This document shows, in pieces, positions 29,076 through 39,408 of a stretch of DNA of 64,000 nucleotides. This stretch comes from an uncultured Veillonellaceae bacterium (GTDB taxonomy: Bacteria; Bacillota; Negativicutes; JARBTT01). The notes beneath the pieces were generated by a model. The model had not been told where the DNA came from. It worked only from the letters and a program-made list of their open reading frames with translations, and did no database searches. A program made the translations under genes and the position numbers. Location: NCBI GenBank assembly GCA_963805085.1, contig CAWDTA010000005.1, forward strand, positions 448,001-512,000. The letters run 5' to 3'. Position 1 is the first letter of the stretch. Each line of letters begins with the position of its first letter.

Positions 29076-31082
29076 ATGAAAAGGATTTTTGATATAAGAT
29101 TTAGCAATTTTGGTATTAAGACAAAACTGATTTCATCAATGGTAGTACTTACTTTGTTGGCAATTGTGGCTACTTTAGTACCAGCACTTTATCTTTTAAC
29201 AGAATATAATAATGAGATTACAACTGAACAAGTAAATGAAAGTATGAAGGGACTTACCACAACTCTTGAAGATTACAAGGAGAACGCGTTGAATTTTGGC
29301 GCGGTTATGGCTAGTAATCCAAATGTGATAAAAGCGATAAAAAATAAAGATGCAGATGCGATTTTAAATGATGTTGCCCCGCTCCTTAAAAAGGCTAAAA
29401 TCGATTTTGCCACAATTACGGACGAAACTGGTAAGGTTATTGTCCGTACTCATGAAACGACAAAAGGCGATAGTGTAGTAAAACAGGACAACGTTAAAAA
29501 CGCGCTTAAAGGTAATGCCTTCAGTGCGATTGAGTCTGGAACGGCGGTCAAATTTTCTGCGCGAGCAGGAACTCCAGTGAAAGACGAACAAGGTAAGATT
29601 GTTGGTGTTATTTCAGCGGGATACTATATCAGTAATGACACCGTGGTAGATAAAGTAAAAGAGAGTTTTGGTACCGATGTAACTTTGTTTTTAGGCGATA
29701 CTCGTGTGGCTACAACGATTATGAAAGATGGACAACGCGTATTAAATACTAAATTAAATGAAAAAATTGCGGCAAAGGTACTCAATGAAGGACAAAATTA
29801 TGTTGGTAAAGCAGATATACTAGGAACGCAGTATATTACTAGTTACAAACCATTGATTGGCCCAGAAAACAAACCTATTGGAGCTTTGTTTGTTGGTAAA
29901 AACATGGAATTTGTTGCGATTGCGCAAAATAAAATTGCCACGATCGTCGGGGGCATTTCTCTGGTGGTGATGTTGATTATTGTAGTTATTGCTACGATTA
30001 TTTCTAATAAAATAACGAATCCGATTCGAAATTTAGTAACAGCTATGGGATGGGTTGCTAGTGGCGATTTAAGTAAATCAGTTGAGGTAACTGCAAAAGA
30101 TGAAATCGGAGCATTGGCAATAGGATATAATACCATGATTGAACAACTAAAAGAACTAATTGATAATGTTAATTCGTCCGCTCAAACATTAACTATCGCA
30201 TCAAGAGCGCTCATGGAAAGTGGGGAGCAATCAGCACAAGCAGTTAATCAAGTAGCAACGACTATATCTGATTTGGCTCGAGGTTCGGAGCAACAACGTT
30301 CAGCAGTAGAGCAAACCTCTACTGTGATTGGCCAAATTGCCGAAGGTATCCAACAAGTGGCGGCTAGTGCAAATCATGTTGCTTCGATGACCAATAAAAC
30401 GATTACTACATCAAAAGAAGGTAGTAAAGCTGTTGAAAGTGCAATTTTTCAAATGAATACTATAGAAATAACAGTTGTCAATTCAGCTGAAGTGGTTGCT
30501 AAACTCGGTGAAAGATCGAAGAAGATTAGTAGTATTGTGGATACCATTTCGGGAATTGCCGGTCAGACGAATCTCCTTGCTTTAAATGCTGCCATTGAAG
30601 CAGCTAGAGCTGGCGAACAAGGGCGAGGTTTTGCTGTAGTTGCTGAAGAGGTAAGGAAACTTGCTGAACAATCCCAAGAGGCCGCAAAAAACGTTGCGAA
30701 TTTAATTGGTGAAATTCAAAGTGACACGAGTGAAGCGGTTCTTGCGATGAATGATGGTACGCGTGAAGTTAAATCTGGGGCAGAAGTCGTCACCTCAGCG
30801 GGGAAATCCTTTAACGATATAGCAGAATCTATTATGGAAGTAGCGGATCAAGTGGCGCATATATCTTCTGCGAGTCAGCAGATGGCAAGTGGTAGTCAAC
30901 AAATGGTAAGTTCAATTGATCGTATTAATAAAGTAAGTACAGAAGCCGCATGTCAGACTAAAAATGTTTCTGTAGTTATTGAAAAACAGTCCGAATCTAT
31001 GGAAGAAATCGCTGTGTCCAGCCAAGAATTGACGAAGATGGCAGAAGATCTCACCAATAACGTCAACAAATTTAAAATATAA
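29076..31082 (+). CDS. methyl-accepting chemotaxis protein (Cache sensor, HAMP)
   Basis: TM-Cache-TM-HAMP-MCPsignal; ATG at 29076 after GGGAG (ORF track 29043). Confidence 0.95.
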   Translation: MKRIFDIRFSNFGIKTKLISSMVVLTLLAIVATLVPALYLLTEYNNEITTEQVNESMKGLTTTLEDYKENALNFGAVMASNPNVIKAIKNKDADAILNDVAPLLKKAKIDFATITDETGKVIVRTHETTKGDSVVKQDNVKNALKGNAFSAIESGTAVKFSARAGTPVKDEQGKIVGVISAGYYISNDTVVDKVKESFGTDVTLFLGDTRVATTIMKDGQRVLNTKLNEKIAAKVLNEGQNYVGKADILGTQYITSYKPLIGPENKPIGALFVGKNMEFVAIAQNKIATIVGGISLVVMLIIVVIATIISNKITNPIRNLVTAMGWVASGDLSKSVEVTAKDEIGALAIGYNTMIEQLKELIDNVNSSAQTLTIASRALMESGEQSAQAVNQVATTISDLARGSEQQRSAVEQTSTVIGQIAEGIQQVAASANHVASMTNKTITTSKEGSKAVESAIFQMNTIEITVVNSAEVVAKLGERSKKISSIVDTISGIAGQTNLLALNAAIEAARAGEQGRGFAVVAEEVRKLAEQSQEAAKNVANLIGEIQSDTSEAVLAMNDGTREVKSGAEVVTSAGKSFNDIAESIMEVADQVAHISSASQQMASGSQQMVSSIDRINKVSTEAACQTKNVSVVIEKQSESMEEIAVSSQELTKMAEDLTNNVNKFKI

Positions 31083-31124
31083 AATTGCACGACTTAAAAA
31101 CTTCTGCACAATTACTAGCAGAAG

Positions 31125-31155
31125 TTTATCTGCTAGCATTTATCTGCTAGCATTT
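31125..31155. repeat. 14-bp tandem duplication
   Basis: TTTATCTGCTAGCA x2 downstream of the MCP. Confidence 0.7.
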
Positions 31156-31282
31156 AATAGTAAAAAAGAGGTTAAGATTCATTTATTGAGCGTATCTTGA
31201 GCAGGATAGCAAATGAAATTTAACGAAATAAACTAATATAAATTATTAAGTAAAATTACTTAGATATAAGGAGTTGATTTTG

Positions 31283-32542
31283 ATGAGAAATAAATTCCAC
31301 GCATATTTTCACATAACAGATGAAACTAGTATAAAAGCTCGAGAGTTTCTTAAATATATAGGTCCGGGGATATTGATTACGGTGGGGTTTATTGATCCAG
31401 GTAATTGGGCTTCTAATATGGCAGCTGGTGCTGAGTATGGCTACCAATTACTATGGATGGTTACTTTATCGACGATTATGTTGATCATCTTGCAACATAA
31501 TGTAGCGCATTTGGGCATTGTGAGTGGTCTGTGCTTGTCGGAAGCGGCTACTATTTACCTAAAGCCATGGATATCTCGTACTGTTTTATTCTCAGCAGTA
31601 GCTGCATCGGTGGCAACTGCTTTGGCGGAGATTTTGGGCGGGGCAATTGCGATTTCTATTTTATTTCATATTCCAATAAAAATAGCTTCTATATTGACAT
31701 CTGTCTTGTGCGGATGGCTATTATGGTCCAATTCTTATAAAAAATTAGAAAAAGTCATAATTGGTTTTGTATCACTCATTGGGCTCTCTTTTTTAGCTGA
31801 ACTTAGCTTGGTTCAAATAGACTGGCAACAAGCTGCAGTGGGGTGGGTAGTACCTGTTTTACCAGAAAATTCATTACCGATTGTGATGAGTGTATTAGGG
31901 GCTGTTGTTATGCCACATAATTTATTTTTACATTCTGAAATTATTCAAAGTCGCCAGTGGAATTTAGAGGATGAAAAGGTAATAAAAAAACAATTAAACT
32001 ATGAATTTTTAGATACACTTTTCTCCATGGGACTTGGTTGGGCAATTAATAGTGCGATGATTTTGGTCGCAGCTACTGTATTTTTTACAAATCAGGTGCC
32101 CGTTGACGAATTAGAGCAAGCACAAGAAATGTTAAAACCTTTGCTCGGTGATGGGGCAGCTTTGATTTTTGCAGTTGCATTACTTTTTTCAGGGATTGCT
32201 TCAACAACAACGGCCGGAATGGCAGGGGGAAGCATTTATGCTGGGCTATTTAAAGAAGCTTATAATATTAAGGATCATCATTCGTGGCATGGTGTCGCGA
32301 TTACCTATGGTTTAGCGGTAGTTATTTTATTTTTTATTGAAAACCCGTTTAAAGGCTTGGTTTACTCGCAGATTGCGCTAAGTATACAATTGCCTTGGAC
32401 GATTGCACTCCAAATTTATCTCACCTCTTCAGAAAAAATTATGGGCAAATACGCCAATACGATTTTTCAACGATTTCTTTTATATAGTATTGGTATCATT
32501 GTAGCAGTGTTAAATGTTATGTTATTAGTAGAACTTTTATAA
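31283..32542 (+). CDS. mntH: Nramp-family divalent metal (Mn2+) transporter
   Basis: GPG..TVGFIDPGNW, LGAVVMPHNLFLHS, SQ..LS.QLP. Confidence 0.92.
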   Translation: MRNKFHAYFHITDETSIKAREFLKYIGPGILITVGFIDPGNWASNMAAGAEYGYQLLWMVTLSTIMLIILQHNVAHLGIVSGLCLSEAATIYLKPWISRTVLFSAVAASVATALAEILGGAIAISILFHIPIKIASILTSVLCGWLLWSNSYKKLEKVIIGFVSLIGLSFLAELSLVQIDWQQAAVGWVVPVLPENSLPIVMSVLGAVVMPHNLFLHSEIIQSRQWNLEDEKVIKKQLNYEFLDTLFSMGLGWAINSAMILVAATVFFTNQVPVDELEQAQEMLKPLLGDGAALIFAVALLFSGIASTTTAGMAGGSIYAGLFKEAYNIKDHHSWHGVAITYGLAVVILFFIENPFKGLVYSQIALSIQLPWTIALQIYLTSSEKIMGKYANTIFQRFLLYSIGIIVAVLNVMLLVELL

Positions 32543-32695
32543 ATCAATTCATATTTTTGTAATAGTGAGATGATAGAATTCTGGAATTTATTGTTTGACT
32601 TTTTCGAGTAATTATTATATCTTTAACTAAATGGATAGTAATACTTTATTAGTCTTTGTTTTCCATAAAACAGTTTCAAATGAAAAGGAGCGATT

Positions 32696-33238
32696 GTGAT
32701 GGAATTAAAAGGAACGAAAACAGAAGCAAATTTACAGGCAGCCTTTGCTGGGGAATCTCAGGCACGGAATAAATATACCTATTATGCTTCGAAAGCAAAA
32801 GCAGAAGGGTACGTTCAAATTTCAAATTTCTTTAATGAAACTGCTAATAATGAAAAAGAACATGCAAAGATTTGGTTTAAATTGCTACATAATGGTACAG
32901 TACCAACGACCATAGAAAATTTAAAAGACGGTGTAGCGGGCGAACATTATGAGTGGACAGAAATGTATGCTTCTTTTGCAAAAGTTGCAAAAGAAGAGGG
33001 ATTTTCTAAGATCGCTTACCTCTTTGAAGCTGTTGCGAAAATTGAAAAAGAACATGAGGAAAGATATCTTAAATTACTTGCAAATGTTGAAAACAAGCAG
33101 GTATTTGAAAAGACAGAGATTGTTGTATGGCAATGTGAAAATTGTGGACATATTCATATCGGGTTAAAAGCGCCGAATACTTGCCCTGTATGTGATCATC
33201 CGCAAGCATTTTTCCAAATTGTTGCGAAGAATTACTAA
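32696..33238 (+). CDS. rbr: rubrerythrin
   Basis: [43 protein letters not shown]. Confidence 0.95.
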   Translation: MMELKGTKTEANLQAAFAGESQARNKYTYYASKAKAEGYVQISNFFNETANNEKEHAKIWFKLLHNGTVPTTIENLKDGVAGEHYEWTEMYASFAKVAKEEGFSKIAYLFEAVAKIEKEHEERYLKLLANVENKQVFEKTEIVVWQCENCGHIHIGLKAPNTCPVCDHPQAFFQIVAKNY

Positions 33239-33305
33239 TAAATAATGTGATGAGAAGATACAAATAGTATTGTTTAATTTTTGTACAATTCTATGAATTA
33301 TTGAT

Positions 33306-33358
33306 AAATAAAGTTTCTATTAAGTTATGTAATTAATTTGATAGAAACTTTATTTTTA
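33306..33358. terminator. intrinsic terminator, related to repeat family H
   Basis: AAATAAAGTTTCTATTAA...TTGATAGAAACTTTATTT. Confidence 0.7.
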
Positions 33359-33504
33359 TTTAATCAAACTAATTTCTAATAATTGTTGCGTATACTTTGT
33401 TTATAGAAACAAAGGGGGCAAGGAATAAAGATTAACTGAAGATGAACATGCTGAAATAATCAGATTTTTACAGATAAATACATAGATAGTAGGAGAAATG
33501 TTTT

Positions 33505-33852
33505 ATGAAAAATATAGGTAAGAAAATCATAATAGGTACAATGATTGGTGTAATGCAAGCTGGGTTTAGTGTGGCGGTGATCGAGGCTTCTCCGTTCCAT
33601 AATAGCCATACAGTTGTCCAGTATGATGATAATCAAGATCCAGAAGGCCCACCACCACGTGATCAACAAGCTGATCATGATGAACGATTACATAGAGAAA
33701 ATGAACGACACGAACGTGAAATGAGAAGACATGATCATGAGAACGAGCGGGAATGGCATGAAAGACAAGAAAGAGAAAGACAACAACATGAAAATAATCT
33801 CCGTGAAATTGAGGCTCTTGTGATAGGGATTATCATTGGTTCAAGTAACTGA
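33505..33852 (+). CDS. secreted His/Glu/Arg-rich hypothetical protein
   Basis: Signal peptide (..VIEA|SP); repeated HERE/HEN(E)RE units; RBS AGGAG. Confidence 0.8.
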   Translation: MKNIGKKIIIGTMIGVMQAGFSVAVIEASPFHNSHTVVQYDDNQDPEGPPPRDQQADHDERLHRENERHEREMRRHDHENEREWHERQERERQQHENNLREIEALVIGIIIGSSN

Positions 33853-33896
33853 GTGGTTCCCCCATATAGGATAAAAGGATAAAGTAAGAAATATAG

Positions 33897-33935
33897 TCGA
33901 TACCAGATACAATGTGTATTTGGTATCGATTTTTA
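33897..33935 (+). terminator. intrinsic terminator
   Basis: TCGATACCAGATACA-A-TGTGTATTTGGTATCGA followed by a T-run. Confidence 0.75.
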
Positions 33936-34081
33936 TTTTCTCAAAAATATAAGTAGAGTACTTGGCATACTTTATTTTAAAAATTTATTAAAAACCAATC
34001 CAATTTGTGGTAAACTAATAGATGAGTTGGTCAGTAATTTTGAGTAATTACTAAAATTCAAAAGAGGAGAGCGACTAATAG

Positions 34082-34288
34082 ATGATTGAAAAATTTTATG
34101 GAAAATTAGATACTGATAGAAATTTGCAGGCGTATCTGATGAAAGAAATGGAAAGCGCTAGAGACGAAGAAGAGAAAAAGGTTACAATTATAGCCTGTGC
34201 AAAAGAAGCAGGCGTTGACGTACAGGTTGAAGAAATTGACGGTTATGTCAGAGCTGGGAAAGAGCAAATAACACAACACGAATCGTGA
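34082..34288 (+). CDS. Nif11-like leader-peptide family small protein
   Basis: EKFY.KL..D..LQ...IIA.AKEAG.D...EEI pattern; RBS GAGGAG. Confidence 0.6.
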   Translation: MIEKFYGKLDTDRNLQAYLMKEMESARDEEEKKVTIIACAKEAGVDVQVEEIDGYVRAGKEQITQHES

Positions 34289-34332
34289 TTTCTGGATTAG
34301 TGTCACGTGCTTATAACGAAATCATGTGCATA

Positions 34333-34373
34333 AAAAATGAACTGGTCAGCAGAAATGTTAGTCAGTTCATTTC
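34333..34373. repeat. palindromic repeat family C (terminator-like)
   Basis: AAATGAACTGGTCAGCA-GAAA-TGTTAGTCAGTTCATTT. Confidence 0.65.
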
Positions 34374-34537
34374 TATATTTACCACCTCAAAAATAAGACT
34401 TTTAATGTGAGCCTGTTTTAGGCAATATAGAGCCGCACCTTAAATTAAGTGAATTATTTTATTTTACTCATCCATACTAAAGCTATAGCATTTATTACTT
34501 ATGAGTGAATGTTATCTATAGTATTTAAAGGAGTGGT

Positions 34538-34951
34538 TTGATGAGTCAAGTAGATAATAAAGCAGAAGTTAATGTTTTGGTAAAAGAAAAATTAATGCCA
34601 ATGCGCGATAGGGTGCTGGATGCATTCGAGAAGAAACATCCACATATCTTTTCGGTAATAGACCCTATGTTAGCCAATAAAAAAAATAAATTCGGCATGC
34701 AAGTTATGGAAAATAGTCAAGTGGTAGGGGAATATATTCTTTATTTGAGTGGACTAAGGGTAACGGATGTTGAAACAGGTAAGTTGGATTCAGAAATCAA
34801 TCATCCGTTTATGGGCATTATTAAACCTTATGCAAGTGTAGAAAGAAAAACGCTGGAAAAGATTATCTCAGAGGAAGAAGACTTGAAAAATGATTTATTT
34901 CCCACTATTGTGCGACATTTACCGGGGGTTACGATAAAATTTTTGCCTTAA
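34538..34951 (+). CDS. hypothetical protein
   Basis: 137-aa ORF with AAGGAG RBS, followed by a hairpin. Confidence 0.75.
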   Translation: MMSQVDNKAEVNVLVKEKLMPMRDRVLDAFEKKHPHIFSVIDPMLANKKNKFGMQVMENSQVVGEYILYLSGLRVTDVETGKLDSEINHPFMGIIKPYASVERKTLEKIISEEEDLKNDLFPTIVRHLPGVTIKFLP

Positions 34952-34991
34952 TCGTAGAAATGAGGCAAGGAATCGCTTAGCTTTAAAAGAT

Positions 34992-35028
34992 AAAAGCTGA
35001 CTAGCAAAATGATGTTAGTCAGCTTTTT
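34992..35028. repeat. palindromic repeat family C (terminator-like)
   Basis: AAAAGCTGACTAGCA-AAATGA-TGTTAGTCAGCTTTT. Confidence 0.8.
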
Positions 35029-35199
35029 GGCATCATAAATGTATCTTAGGATATTCCACTAATTTTTTTGCAAAGTGGTTGTTTTGGTTGATAAATATTG
35101 ACAAATATTATATAATCAAATGGTTTGAGCAAAATGGGAGCTAAGATAGGTTACAATACTCAAATGATAGAAAATTTTTTTTTAACTAGGAGTGCCTTT

Positions 35200-36558
35200 A
35201 TGGATAAAAAACTGACATTATCATCGTATGTATTGATTGGCTCAATGTTATTTGGGTTGTTTTTTGGTGCTGGGAATTTAATTTTTCCTGTGCACATGGG
35301 ACAAGAAGCTGGTAGCAATGTCATGGTTGCTACGATTGGATTTCTTATTACGGGGATTGGTTTGCCTTTTTTAGGGGTTGTGGCGATTGGTGCTTCTAAA
35401 AGTGACGGCTTATTTGGTTTAGCTAGTCGCATTCATCCTTTGTATGCCTATGGGATGACGGTTTTATTGTATCTCACAATTGGCCCCTTTTTTGCATTGC
35501 CTAGAACAGGAACAGTTTCTTATGAAATTGGTTTAGCTCCATATATCGCTAAAGAATATCAAACGTTAGGATTGGCTGGTTTTACGATTTTATTTTTTCT
35601 GGTCGCACTTATTTTTTCCTTAAAGCCCAGTAAAATTTTAACTTGGATTGGCAAAGTTCTAAATCCGTTGTTTTTATTATTTTTAGCTTTTTTAGTTGTT
35701 ATCAGCTTTTTAAGCCCAATGGGGGCTACTTCAGGTGCTGAGATCCATGGTGCTTATATAGCCGAACCATTTTTCAAGGGCTTCACTGAAGGCTATAATA
35801 CAATGGATGCATTGGCTTCACTTGCTTTTGGTATTATTGTCGTTCAGACACTTAGAGATTTGGGGGTGCAAAGTCCCAGAAATATTGCAATTGGTACGGT
35901 GAAAGCTGGGGTTGTAAGTGTTCTTTTAATGGGCTTGATTTATAGCTGTCTAGCTTATATCGGGGCGACTAGCGTTGCGAAATATGGGGTATCGGCAAAT
36001 GGTGGGATTGCTTTAGCGCAAATTGCCGATTATTATTTTGGCTCAGCTGGTAGTATTTTATTAGCGATCATTGTGACACTTGCTTGCTTAAAAACAGCGA
36101 TTGGTCTAATCACCGCTTGTTCGGAGACTTTTCAAACATTATTTCCTAAAACACTTAGTTATAAAGGGTATGTATATTTATTTACCTTAGTTTCGTGTTT
36201 GATTGGAAATGTCGGTTTGACACAGATTATTTCCTTATCCATTCCTGTTTTAATGTTTTTATATCCACTGGCAATCACCTTAATCATATTGGCATTCTTA
36301 TCGCCACTTTTTAAGCATCGTCAGATTGTTTATATACTGACCACAGTTTGTACCTTATTTGCTAGTGTGGCAGATGCTTTTAATGCGATGCCAGATAGTA
36401 TTAAAAGCCAATCCTTTGTTCAAGACTTTTTGGCATTGTCCTACAATCTTTTACCATTTTTTGATCTCGGGATGGGTTGGGTGATCCCAATGGTGATCGG
36501 TTTATCGTTGGGGTGGTTAATCGGAATTACGCAAAGAGATTCAGCTAGATCAATGTAA
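35200..36558 (+). CDS. brnQ: branched-chain amino acid carrier BrnQ
   Basis: MLFGLFFGAGNLIFP, IGPFFALPRT, GYNTMDALASL, LACLKTAIGL, LYPLAI; ATG at 35200 after AGGAG. Confidence 0.95.
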   Translation: MDKKLTLSSYVLIGSMLFGLFFGAGNLIFPVHMGQEAGSNVMVATIGFLITGIGLPFLGVVAIGASKSDGLFGLASRIHPLYAYGMTVLLYLTIGPFFALPRTGTVSYEIGLAPYIAKEYQTLGLAGFTILFFLVALIFSLKPSKILTWIGKVLNPLFLLFLAFLVVISFLSPMGATSGAEIHGAYIAEPFFKGFTEGYNTMDALASLAFGIIVVQTLRDLGVQSPRNIAIGTVKAGVVSVLLMGLIYSCLAYIGATSVAKYGVSANGGIALAQIADYYFGSAGSILLAIIVTLACLKTAIGLITACSETFQTLFPKTLSYKGYVYLFTLVSCLIGNVGLTQIISLSIPVLMFLYPLAITLIILAFLSPLFKHRQIVYILTTVCTLFASVADAFNAMPDSIKSQSFVQDFLALSYNLLPFFDLGMGWVIPMVIGLSLGWLIGITQRDSARSM

Positions 36559-36636
36559 AACCTAGCTATATGACAGAAAATCACTAGATGAACGTTTTAG
36601 CAGACATTCTTATCGCAGAATATATAGAGAATTAAT

Positions 36637-36673
36637 AAAAAGCTGACTAGCAAAAAATGTTAGTCAGCTTTTT
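36637..36673. repeat. palindromic repeat family C (terminator-like)
   Basis: AAAAAGCTGACTAGCA-AAAAA-TGTTAGTCAGCTTTTT, near-identical to 34992. Confidence 0.8.
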
Positions 36674-36789
36674 ATCGGTTTTAAATTTTTGTGCGTTAAT
36701 GTAAATTTAAAATAAATAAGTAGTTGAGTCATTTATTAAAATAATTACGATCTAAAGGAAAGATCCATTTCAAAAAATAAATGTTTAAA

Positions 36790-37686
36790 CTAAATTGGAA
36801 TTTTTACATGCTGCAAATTTCGATATTCAGATGGCGTAAGTTTTAGCCGCTTTTTAAATTGCTTAGAAAAATATGCATTATCTTCAAAACCAACAGTTGC
36901 AGCGATTTTATTTATAGAATCATTGGTGTTAGTGAGAAGCTGTTTTGCTTTGTTCAGACGAATATCTAATAAAAGTTGGAGTGGTGTTATTCCGTATTTG
37001 CGCTTTACGCAACGAATAATATAGGCGGGATGGAAAGAATATTTTTTTGCGATTTTATTTAATTGGAAAGGTTCTTGATAATGAGTTGTCAGGTATTCAA
37101 AAATTTTTTCGGCTATATCATGAGGGATGATTTCTTCGTGAGAATCACAAATAAAGGTCAAGATTGTATAGAAAAGTTGTTGATACTTAATTTCTGATAT
37201 AGTTGAATTATAAAAGATTTTTGCATTTTGATGTCGATCAATTTTCACTTGGGAAAGTGTCTTCATATAGTCTAAAAATTGATTTTGAAACTCTTTGTTT
37301 ACAGAACCATATTGAGGAAGAACAATGTGAAAATCATCGATCTCGTAATATTTACCATGGCAGTGTTCTTTGTTGTCATAATAAGCAGGGGTATTTGCGA
37401 GATAAAAATCTCCTGTGGAATAAAAATGAATCCAGTAAAAATTGGTATCCATATCACAATGTTTATAACCTTTATGCATTGTTTTTGGAGGTAATACCAA
37501 AAATTGCCCAGGGGATACAGTAAAACGTACTTTATTTTCTTCCATATGCAACTGTCCACTGACGACATAAAGTAAATCAAAAGTGTGGTCAAGGGTACGT
37601 CGTGAATGAGTATCGCCTTCTCTGAACATTGCAATTCCTCCAACAATTAAGTGAGGGAGTGGTGGACAATTAAAAATAATATACAT
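36790..37686 (-). CDS. AraC-family transcriptional regulator
   Basis: N-terminal cupin; C-terminal RLNKAKQLL...IA..VGFEDNAYFSKQFKK...TPSEYR. Confidence 0.93.
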   Translation of the reverse strand: MYIIFNCPPLPHLIVGGIAMFREGDTHSRRTLDHTFDLLYVVSGQLHMEENKVRFTVSPGQFLVLPPKTMHKGYKHCDMDTNFYWIHFYSTGDFYLANTPAYYDNKEHCHGKYYEIDDFHIVLPQYGSVNKEFQNQFLDYMKTLSQVKIDRHQNAKIFYNSTISEIKYQQLFYTILTFICDSHEEIIPHDIAEKIFEYLTTHYQEPFQLNKIAKKYSFHPAYIIRCVKRKYGITPLQLLLDIRLNKAKQLLTNTNDSINKIAATVGFEDNAYFSKQFKKRLKLTPSEYRNLQHVKIPI

Positions 37687-38007
37687 TTTGCCAGCTCCTA
37701 ATAGTTAATTTTATTATATAAATAAAATGCATATAAAGGGTTTATAATCAATGATTTTTAATATTTTAAATATTTAGACTAATTAATTATTTTAGAATAT
37801 AAAGGATTAAGTATCAATTTTATTATATCACTAATGTTAATATAATTATATGATGTGAAAATATTTTCCATTTTTGTTTGATAATTTGTATTATACAATT
37901 TAATTATTGTATAACATAAATGCAATTGGGCTTCTTTAGGCAATAATTTTCTGGTTTTATAAACTAATTTAATTCGGATTCTAATTGGGAGAGGGAGAGA
38001 ATATCAC

Positions 38008-39378
38008 ATGAATGAAAAAAATAATTTATCAAACAAAGTTTCTTTAGGTGGTAGACTTAGTTATTCATTAACCGATGCTAGCGGCAATTTATTGTATTGC
38101 ATTATTGGAGCTTACTTGTTGTACTTTTTGACTGACGTATATGGATTATCAGTTGGTGTAACTGGAACACTTCTTTTGGCGACTAGGCTGCTTGATGCAA
38201 TAGATGCGCCAGTTTGGGGAATTATTGTTGATCATACGAAATCGAGGTATGGTCAAAGTCGTCCATATTTTTTGTGGTTATGCATACCATTCGCTTTATT
38301 TATGTGGATGACATTTACAACGCCAGGGCTTGATGGAGCAGCAAAAGTAATCTATGTAGTTGTTGTTTATATTTTGGCAGGTATTTTTTATACGGGGATA
38401 CAAACAGCAATTACTTCTGTTTTGCCAAATTTGACGAATAATCCAGGCGAACGAGTTGTATTGAACACGTTTCGTATGGTAGGAGGCAATGCAGGCGCTT
38501 TTGTCGCTACTACGTTTACTTTGCCACTGGTTGCTTTTTTTGGCGGAGGGAATGATCAACAAGGTTTTTCGATGGCTTTGGCGGTATATGCAATTGTTGC
38601 AGTTATTTTATTTTTGATTGCTTTTACAAATTTAAGAGAAATCAATATTGAAAAGATAAAGAAAATTCCGATTAAACAGAGCGTCATGGCAATCAAAGGA
38701 AACTGGCCGTGGATTATCATTGTAACTGCTAATCTGATTTTTTGGGTTGCACTAACGATTAGGCAATCGACATTAATTTATTATCTACAGTATTATATTG
38801 GTGATAAAAGTCTCGTTCCGTTTATCAATGGGCTGACTGTTCTCCAGATTATTGGCATGATTTCTATACCTTTATTGGTGAAATTTTCAAGCAAATACGC
38901 CACGATGATTATCGGATTGATTCTTGCTGCAGTTGGTCATCTTATTATGTTTTTCGCAGGTGCTACAGTATCAGCTCTCGCTATCGGTTGGATCATCGCT
39001 TCGATAGGATCTGGAATTGCTTGTTCTATGCCATTTGCTATGCTGTCAGATACGGTTGATTATGGGGAGTGGAAAAATGGAATTCGTGCTAGTGGGTTTT
39101 TGACGGCAATTGGCAGTGCTTTTTGCATTAAAGCCGGTTCTGGTATTGGAGGTTTTATTCCAGCAATGGTTATGGATTATTTTGGTTATGTGCCGAATGC
39201 TGTACAATCAGCGAATTCTTTACTTGGCATACAACTGATTTTTATTTGGATACCGATGGTTATTTTTCTGTTAGGTATCTTTCCTATGCTTTTTTATCGT
39301 AAGTTCGAGCAAAATGAAGGCCAAATTATTATGGAAATTGAACAAAAATCACTGCCGACGAATGGTTTTAACTGTTAG
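38008..39378 (+). CDS. glycoside-pentoside-hexuronide (GPH/MFS) symporter
   Basis: YFLTDVYG, RLLDAIDAP.WG..VD.T.SRYGQSRPY, DTVDYGEWK.G.R. Confidence 0.93.
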   Translation: MNEKNNLSNKVSLGGRLSYSLTDASGNLLYCIIGAYLLYFLTDVYGLSVGVTGTLLLATRLLDAIDAPVWGIIVDHTKSRYGQSRPYFLWLCIPFALFMWMTFTTPGLDGAAKVIYVVVVYILAGIFYTGIQTAITSVLPNLTNNPGERVVLNTFRMVGGNAGAFVATTFTLPLVAFFGGGNDQQGFSMALAVYAIVAVILFLIAFTNLREINIEKIKKIPIKQSVMAIKGNWPWIIIVTANLIFWVALTIRQSTLIYYLQYYIGDKSLVPFINGLTVLQIIGMISIPLLVKFSSKYATMIIGLILAAVGHLIMFFAGATVSALAIGWIIASIGSGIACSMPFAMLSDTVDYGEWKNGIRASGFLTAIGSAFCIKAGSGIGGFIPAMVMDYFGYVPNAVQSANSLLGIQLIFIWIPMVIFLLGIFPMLFYRKFEQNEGQIIMEIEQKSLPTNGFNC

Positions 39379-39408
39379 TAATATATAATGATAAAAAGGG
39401 TGAGTAAG

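Noticed and set aside
31153-31282. yybP-ykoY manganese riboswitch upstream of mntH
   Set aside because: No recognisable aptamer consensus in this short AT-rich region
33962-33980. Sigma-54 promoter (TTGGCA) upstream of the Nif11-like gene
   Set aside because: The -12 GC is missing: GG-N10 is followed by TT
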